From Chiloscyllium plagiosum (lineage: Eukaryota): DNA of 26,649 bases. The notes beneath the pieces were generated by a model, which saw only the letters and a program-made list of their open reading frames with translations, searched no databases and was not told where the DNA came from. Below are positions 21,978 to 26,649 of the stretch, in pieces. Location of the stretch: contig NC_057718.1 of assembly GCF_004010195.1 (NCBI RefSeq), positions 44,926,143 to 44,952,791 of the forward strand, in the 5' to 3' direction. The first letter of the stretch is position 1, and each line of letters begins with the position of its first letter. Both the position numbers and the translations under genes were made by a program.

Positions 21978-24900
21978 CGTCATATAGTTGTGCAGCACGG
22001 AAGCAGACTCTCCGATCTAACTCATACATGGTGACCAGATACCCTAGATTAATCTAGTCCCATTTGCCAGAATTCGGCCCATATCCCTCTAAACCCTTCC
22101 TGTTCATGTGCCCATCCAGATTCCTTTTAAATGTTGTAATTGTGTCAGCCTCCACCTCTGGCAGTTCATTCCATACACGCACCACACTCTGGATGAAAAA
22201 GTTGCCCCTTAGATCCCTTTTATACCTTTCTCCCCTCAACTTAAACTTAAATGCTCTTTACTTTGGACTCTCCTACCCTGGGAGAAAGATCTTGGCTATT
22301 TACCCTATCCATACCCCTCATGATTTTATAAACTTCTATAAGCTCTCTTCCCTCAGCCTCCAACGCGCCAGGGAAGATAGTCCCAGCGTATTCAGACTCT
22401 CCCTATAGCTCAAACCCTCCAACCCAAGCTTGTCAATCTTTTCTGCACCCTTTCAAGTTTAACAACATCTTTCCTGTAGCAGGGAGGCCAGAATTGAATG
22501 CAGTATTCTAAAGTGTTCTAACTATTGTCCTGTACAGCCGCAACATGACACTCCAATCCCTATACTCAATGCACTGACCAATAAAGGCAAGTGTACCAAA
22601 TACCTTCTTCACTACCCTGTCTACCTGTGAGTCCACCTTCAAAAAACTATGAACTTGCTCTCCAATGTCTCTTTGTTTGGTAACACTTCCCTGGACCCTA
22701 CCACTAGGTGTATAAGTCCTGTCCTGGTTTGCTTTTCCAAACATCTCACATTTATCTAAATTAAACTCCATCCACCACTCCTTGGCCCATCAGCCCATCT
22801 GATCAAATCCCATTGTACTCTAAGATAACTTTCTTCACTGTCCACTACACCACCAACTTTGGTGTCATCTGCAAGCTTACTTACCATTCTGCCTATATTC
22901 ATATCTAAATCATTTATATAAATGACAAAAAAAGCAGTGGAAGAGTGGGCACCAAACCCTGTGGCACACCACTGTTTACAGGTTGCCACTCTGAAAAATA
23001 ACCCTCAACCATCATCGTCAAGTCAATTTTGTATCCAAATGGCTTCCTCTCCCTGGATTCCATGTGATCTAACCTTGCTAACCAGTCTGCCATGCGGAAC
23101 CTTGTCAAACGCTTTGCTAAAGCCGATATAGACAATGTACACTGCTTTGCCTTTATAAATCTTCTTTGTCACTTCGTCATATAACTCAATCACGTTTGTG
23201 AGACACGATTTCCCACACAAAGCCATGTTGACTATCCTGAATTAGTTCTTCCCTTTCCAAATACATGTAGATCCTGTCCCTCAAAATCCCTCCAACAACT
23301 TACCCACCACTGACGTCAGGCTCAGCAATCTACAGTTCCCTGGCTTTTCCTTACCATCTTTCTTAAATAATGGCACCACATTAGCCACCTTCCAATCTCC
23401 CCGCACCCACGGCTATCAATGATACAAATATCTCAGCAAGGACCCCATCAATCACTTCCCTAGCTTCCCACAAAGTTCTGAGATACACCTGATCAGGCCC
23501 TGGGGATTTATCCATCTTTATGCGTTTTAAGATGTCCAGCACTTCCTCCTCTGTAATGTGGACATTTTTCAAGATATCACTGTTTATTTCTCCAAGTTCT
23601 CTAGCTTCCATATCATTCTCCACAGCAAATACTGACACAAAATAATAATTTAGTACCTCACCCACCTCCTGCAGTTCCACACATAGGCGGCCTTGTTGAT
23701 CTTTATGGGCTCTATTCTCTCCCGAGTTACTCTTTTGCCCACAATGTATTTATGGAATCTTGTTGGATTCTCCTTAATCCTATTTGCCAAAACTATCTCA
23801 TGCCCCCCTTTTTTCTCTCCTGATTTCCCTTTTGAATATACTCCTACTGCCTTTATACTCCTTGAGGGATTCAGTCAATCCTAGCTGTCTCTACCAGTCA
23901 TAGGCTACCTTATTTTTCTTGACCAGAGCATAAATTTCTCTAGTCATTCCCTACACCTACCAACCTTGCCCTTCACACTAACAGGAACATTCTGCCTCTG
24001 AGCTCACATTACCTCTTTTTTGAAGCCCTCCCACTTTCCAACCACCTGTTTACCTGTGAATAACCTCTCCCAATCAACTTTTGGAAGTTCTTGCCTAGTA
24101 CCATTAAAATTGGCCTTACTCCAATTTAGAACTTTAACTTTTCAGTCAGGTCTAAGTTTTCCCATAACTATTTTAAAATTGATAGATGTATGATCAGCAA
24201 GAAGCCCTCCCCCACTGACATCTCAGTCACTTTCCCTGCCTTTTTTCCCAAGAGAAGGTCACGTTTTGCTTCCTCTCTTGTAGTTTCATCCATATACTGA
24301 ATAAGAGAAAGTTCTTGTCGACACTTAACAAATTCCTCTCCATTCAAACCCTTAACACTGTGGCAGTCCCAGTCTATGTTTAGGAGGTTAAAATCCCCTA
24401 CCTTTACAACTCTATCATTCTTACAGATATCTGAAACCTCCTTCCAAACCTGTTTCTCAATTTCCCTCTGACTTTTGGAAGGGGCCTACAGTGCAAACCC
24501 AATAAGATGATAATCCCTTTCTCATTTCTCAGTTCCATCCAACTTCACTGGACGTGCCCACAGAAATATCCTCCCTAAGTACAGCCGTAATGATATCCCT
24601 AACCAAAAACACCACTCCCCTCCTCTCTTGCTTCCCTTTCTATCCTTCCTATAGAATTTATATCCTGAAACATTAAGCTGCCAGTCCTGCCCTTCCCTGA
24701 AACACATGTCTGTAATTGCTATGATATCCCAGATCCTTGTTCCCAGCCATGTTCTCAGGTCTTCTACCTTACATGTCAGGCCTCTTGCAATTAAATAAAT
24801 GCGGTTTAATTTAACAGTCTTACCCCCATTCTTTATGTTGCTCTTGCTGCCTTGACGATTTGATTTGCTCATCTTCTCAACTGTACCAGCCTCAGGTTTA

Positions 24901-26221
24901 TCTCTTTTCTCACTATCTCTTTGGATGCATTCCCCCACCCCCACCTTACTAGTTTAAACCTCCTGAGTTTCATCGCAAATCTTCCCTCCAAGACATTGAT
25001 CCCCTTTCCAATTCAGGTGCAATCTGTCCTTCTTGTACAGGTCACTTCTACCCCAGAAGAGATTCCAATGATCAAAAATGTGAATCCCTGCACTAGCTAC
25101 TCAGCTACGCATTCATCTGCTCTATCCTTCTATTCCGACTCTCACTAGCACATGGCACCGGGAGTAATCCAGAAATTACTACCCTTGAGGAATTATTTTT
25201 TACCCTCTTACTTAATTTTCTATATTCTGTCTTCAGAACCTCATACCTTTCTCTTCCTATGCTACTGGTACCAACATACACAATGACCTGCTGCTGGCCA
25301 GTCCTCCCCTTTGAGAATATTCTGCATCCTCACCAAGACATCCTTGACCCTGGCACCAGGGAAGCAACACACCATTCTGATGTCTCACTGTTGGCTGCAG
25401 AAATGTTTACCTGACCAGAGAGTCCCCTACCACAATTGATCACTAGGAACCCAACATACTCTTCATTGCAGTCGAGCCAATCTCACAGAAACCTGGCTGT
25501 CAGTGCTGCATTCCCCTGAGAGTCCTTCACCCCCTACATTTTCCAAAACAGCATACTTGTTTGAGATGAGGACAGCCACAGAAGACACCTGCACTATCTG
25601 CCTACTGCTTCTACCTTTCCTAGAAGTAACCCATATACCTGACTGTATCTGTGGTTTTTCTACCTTCCTGAAACTGCCATCCATCACACCTCTGGTTCCT
25701 GTAACTTCCTCATTGTCTGCATCTGCCACTCTAACCAACCCATGCCAAATAATAGGCTTCATAACCAAACACACTTCCTGCAGCCATAATCATCAGGAAC
25801 CTTGAAATTCTTCCTAATCTCCCATTTCTGACAGGAATAGCACATCACTATACTAAAGCCCCTCTCTGCACCTTAATCTACCGACCCAGAAAATAGCACA
25901 ATGTTACTGCTCTGAAAATACTGCTACAGAATAACGTAATACCTATATTTTATATATTTTTAAAAATTTAATCAAGAGTGAGATCTCAGTAAAACATTAA
26001 AACAAAACCCTCACCCTACTCCCTATTGTATATTCACAAAAATAAATCAAGGTTTGTAAGTTATTTAAGTCTTAAAAACAAACACTTAGCTGATCAATGA
26101 AATCCTGACACTCCCAGCTGTGAGTAGCTCCAATAATGAGGTCTCTCTATGGTCAGCTGTGAAATTTCACTGTTTTTCTTGGACTGAATGCCGATTTCCA
26201 GAGATGTTTGTACTTTCACAG
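21978..26221 (-). mobile_element. Near full-length decayed CR1 LINE (5' UTR, ORF1, ORF2 APE-RT, 3' tail)
   Basis: ORF2 fragments LNRIYLIARGL..DIIAIT..RKDR, DKSPGPD, FSKAFDKVPHG, GVPQG, LADDTK, NFFIQSVVRVWN. Splits the older CR1 (ctaaggatt | ttggaagattac). Confidence 0.92.
24950..25850 (-). pseudogene. CR1 ORF1 remnant: zinc finger plus SGNH esterase domain
   Basis: Peptides VMCYSCQKWE..DDYGCRKC, SNKYAVLE, VGDSLVR, MVCCFPGARVKDV, VIVCVGTS; disrupted. Confidence 0.8.
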
Positions 26222-26540
26222 TTGGAAGATTACTACCATTACATCCACTATCTCTGTAGCTACTTCCTTTAAAATCCTTGATTGCAACCCATCACAACCA
26301 GGAGACTTATTGGCCTTTAGCTCCATTAATTTCCCCAGTACTTTTCTCTAGTGTTATTTATTGTGTTTATTTTCTTCCCCACCCCCATCCTCCTGAGCCC
26401 ATTGATTATTTAAGTAGTTTTGGAATGCAGTTGGTGCCATTTACCATAGAGACTGATGTCAAGTATTTGTTCAACTCTTCTGCTATCTTCTGGTCCCTCA
26501 TTATTTCTCAAGCCTGTTTTTCTGAGGTCTGTGTACTGAT
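26222..26540 (-). mobile_element. Continuation of the older CR1 (20580-21977)
   Basis: 'cctttaaaatccttgattgcaacccatcacaaccaggagactt' is the reverse complement of KSPG.DGL..RILKE. Confidence 0.75.
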
Positions 26541-26649
26541 TGTAATGAAGTCAGCTAGCTGGACCTCATAGAATATGCATTCCCTGATTGAAGCAGTTAA
26601 CCTGGTCCAATCAGGGAGCCCTGGCTGACAGATATAAACAGGAGTGTCA
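26541..26649 (+). mobile_element. 5' start (U3) of an LTR, cut by the window end
   Basis: Begins TGTAA abruptly within CR1. CCAAT at 26607-26611 lies inside a 10-bp inverted repeat (26581-26590 / 26608-26617); TATAAA at 26633-26638. Confidence 0.65.

Noticed and set aside
1..26649. CRISPR arrays, rRNA or tRNA genes, prokaryotic systems
   Set aside because: No regularly spaced repeats or operon-like coding density; tRNA-like pieces are decayed SINE heads.

Overview
Vertebrate genomic DNA, inferred from its repeat repertoire to be a cartilaginous fish, probably a shark. It is mostly intronic and repeat-derived. Two + strand coding exons (14399-14491 and 17705-17752) splice in frame to give (A)FCLGSSCKLSTQFIIQDHMAMHYKRLQSAKATVDSSMPKSMSTSVK, recognisable as the N-terminal region of SPATA7 (equivalent to human exons 3 and 4). 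Neither exon is recovered as such by the ORF track. The rest contains many CR1-clade LINE copies, including a probable four-level nest at 3.4-9.0 kb and a near full-length decayed copy with esterase ORF1 at 22-26 kb. There are also Neptune-type Penelope-like elements (PLEs) with GIY-YIG remnants, a Tigger/pogo-like MITE, a Deu-domain SINE, a fossil Harbinger Myb/SANT gene with its intron, and the start of an LTR. The most notable structures are fold-back PLE insertions with about 14-bp target-site duplications (TSDs) and minimal hammerhead-ribozyme motifs; one is a 237-bp non-coding hairpin with two opposed hammerheads. A speculative antisense three-exon unit lies in non-repetitive sequence at 19.2-19.9 kb. 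All family assignments come from motif recognition, not database searches, and boundaries of old repeats are approximate.
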